Source of the DNA: Patiria miniata
Lineage: Eukaryota
Length of the DNA: 64,000 bases
Direction: 5' to 3'
NCBI RefSeq assembly: GCF_015706575.1
Contig: NW_024037060.1
Coordinates: 2,728,515 to 2,792,514, forward strand
A model generated the notes under the pieces. It saw nothing but the letters and a program-made list of their open reading frames with translations. It had not been told where the DNA came from and ran no database searches. Position numbers and translations under genes: made by a program. Numbering within the stretch: the first letter of the stretch is position 1; each line of letters opens with the position of its first letter. Of the stretch, positions 63,401 to 64,000 are shown in pieces.

Positions 63401-63984
63401 TTTTGCACCAAAAAGTAATCATTCAGCACTGTTATTGGATACAGGGAACACGCCTGAAATGGTGGCAACATGATAAATGCCTATTTTGCGAGAAGGAACT
63501 CAAAAATAGTACGGACAGTATATAACTTAAACCCAAGAAATAACATGATATATCATCGCAATGCAATCCAATTTGATGTAAATTTCTATTAAATTCTAAG
63601 TTATACATTCAACCACAATATCTTGTTGTCAATGCAAGAGGGTGGTCACGTGATTGCACGTCATAAAGGTCAACAGAGGGGTGTGCAATCGACTGACTCA
63701 CCTTCGCACTCCAGTTCGTCTTTTTCGTCGTAGCAATCCGCGAAGCCGTCGCACAGTCGGGTGTTCGGAAAGCATCCGCCCACGTCGCAGAGGAATTCGT
63801 CATCGCCGCAAGTCTCTGCAATCAACCGGGGAAAGGAAGAAGACAACAAAGAAAAGATTTGTTGAGGTCGGTTTCTGTTGCTATCGAGTCCTTTTGCGAT
63901 CGAGTATACGGTGCTGAGGTAATGAACCAAGCTAGTGCTAAGGTCTTGTTGGTAGCGTTCTTTTGGGTTTCTTTTTGCATTCAA
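51489..63984 (-). CDS. 3' portion of a mosaic (probably type-II transmembrane or secreted) trypsin-like serine-protease gene; its 5' end lies beyond the window. Approximate exons on the minus strand: LDLa 63700..63830; LDLa 62095..62205; LDLa-like 61330..61480; LDLa 60610..60730; LDLa 59690..59800; LDLa 59285..59395; LDLa 58630..58800; CUB 57840..58130; LDLa 57080..57200; SRCR 56250..56440; protease His exon ~54330..54470 (…[19 protein letters not shown]…[20 protein letters not shown]); Asp exon ~53195..53470 (…[28 protein letters not shown]…SVSGWGGT); 52096..52262 (…[34 protein letters not shown]); Ser exon 51489..51660 ([56 protein letters not shown]).
   Basis: The canonical S1-family motifs TAGHC, DIALL and GDSGGP are in collinear exons, with the expected GWG and disulfide cysteines. 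CUB signature: [43 protein letters not shown]…YDIPV…[15 protein letters not shown]-like: [50 protein letters not shown]. Multiple LDLa modules: [115 protein letters not shown]. The stop TGA is the complement of 51489..51491. Confidence 0.85.
55001..55290. mobile_element. MITE family 4, second copy, in an intron of the serine-protease gene.
   Basis: Near-identical to 18628..18920 along its whole length, including the TIRs. Confidence 0.8.
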
Positions 63985-64000
63985 TATTGGACGTTGAACA

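Noticed and set aside
1-64000. Prokaryotic features such as operons, CRISPR arrays, defence systems and rRNA/tRNA genes
   Set aside because: The sequence is clearly eukaryotic, with spliceosomal introns that have GT-AG borders and metazoan domain families. No CRISPR-like regular repeats with spacers are present, and no tRNA-like cloverleaf candidates were noticed on manual inspection. I did not run a tRNA search.

Overview
The window is metazoan nuclear DNA, probably from a marine invertebrate. It is AT-rich, its genes are split by spliceosomal introns with GT..AG boundaries, it carries many MITE-like repeats, and two GPCR genes are intronless. Nothing in it looks prokaryotic. I could support five protein-coding loci plus a dense set of repeats. 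(1,2) Two tandem paralogous genes on the minus strand at about 11279..2036 and 20225..14451. Each encodes a type-I membrane protein with a signal peptide, two CUB domains, 5-6 LDL-receptor class A (LDLa) repeats, a transmembrane helix and a short, near-identical cytoplasmic tail (…[10 protein letters not shown]). (3) A clear orthologue of vault poly(ADP-ribose) polymerase PARP4 on the minus strand, about 41590 (possibly 44659) down to 22178. It has a PARP regulatory/catalytic domain, a VIT domain and a VWA domain. It ends in a 1.37-kb exon encoding a lineage-specific proline-rich tail (PPPPPPGGAAPPPPPPPP). (4) Two tandem, intronless, paralogous class-A (rhodopsin-like) orphan GPCR genes on the plus strand, 45399..46445 and 47401/47458..48678. 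(5) The 3' part of a mosaic serine-protease gene on the minus strand, from beyond 64000 down to 51489. It has at least 8 LDLa exons, then CUB, LDLa, SRCR and a trypsin-like catalytic domain with an intact His/Asp/Ser triad. Three of the five genes are built from LDLa modules. Introns and intergenic DNA carry at least four MITE-like families with terminal inverted repeats; one pair of copies is near-identical, which points to recent mobility. Other repeat features are a 240-bp foldback palindrome, a palindromic cluster of 5'-splice-site consensus motifs next to a PARP4 donor site, homopolymer G/C tracts and microsatellites. All coordinates are read by hand from six-frame translation and splice-consensus inspection. 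Exon edges are approximate (a few nt) unless stated.
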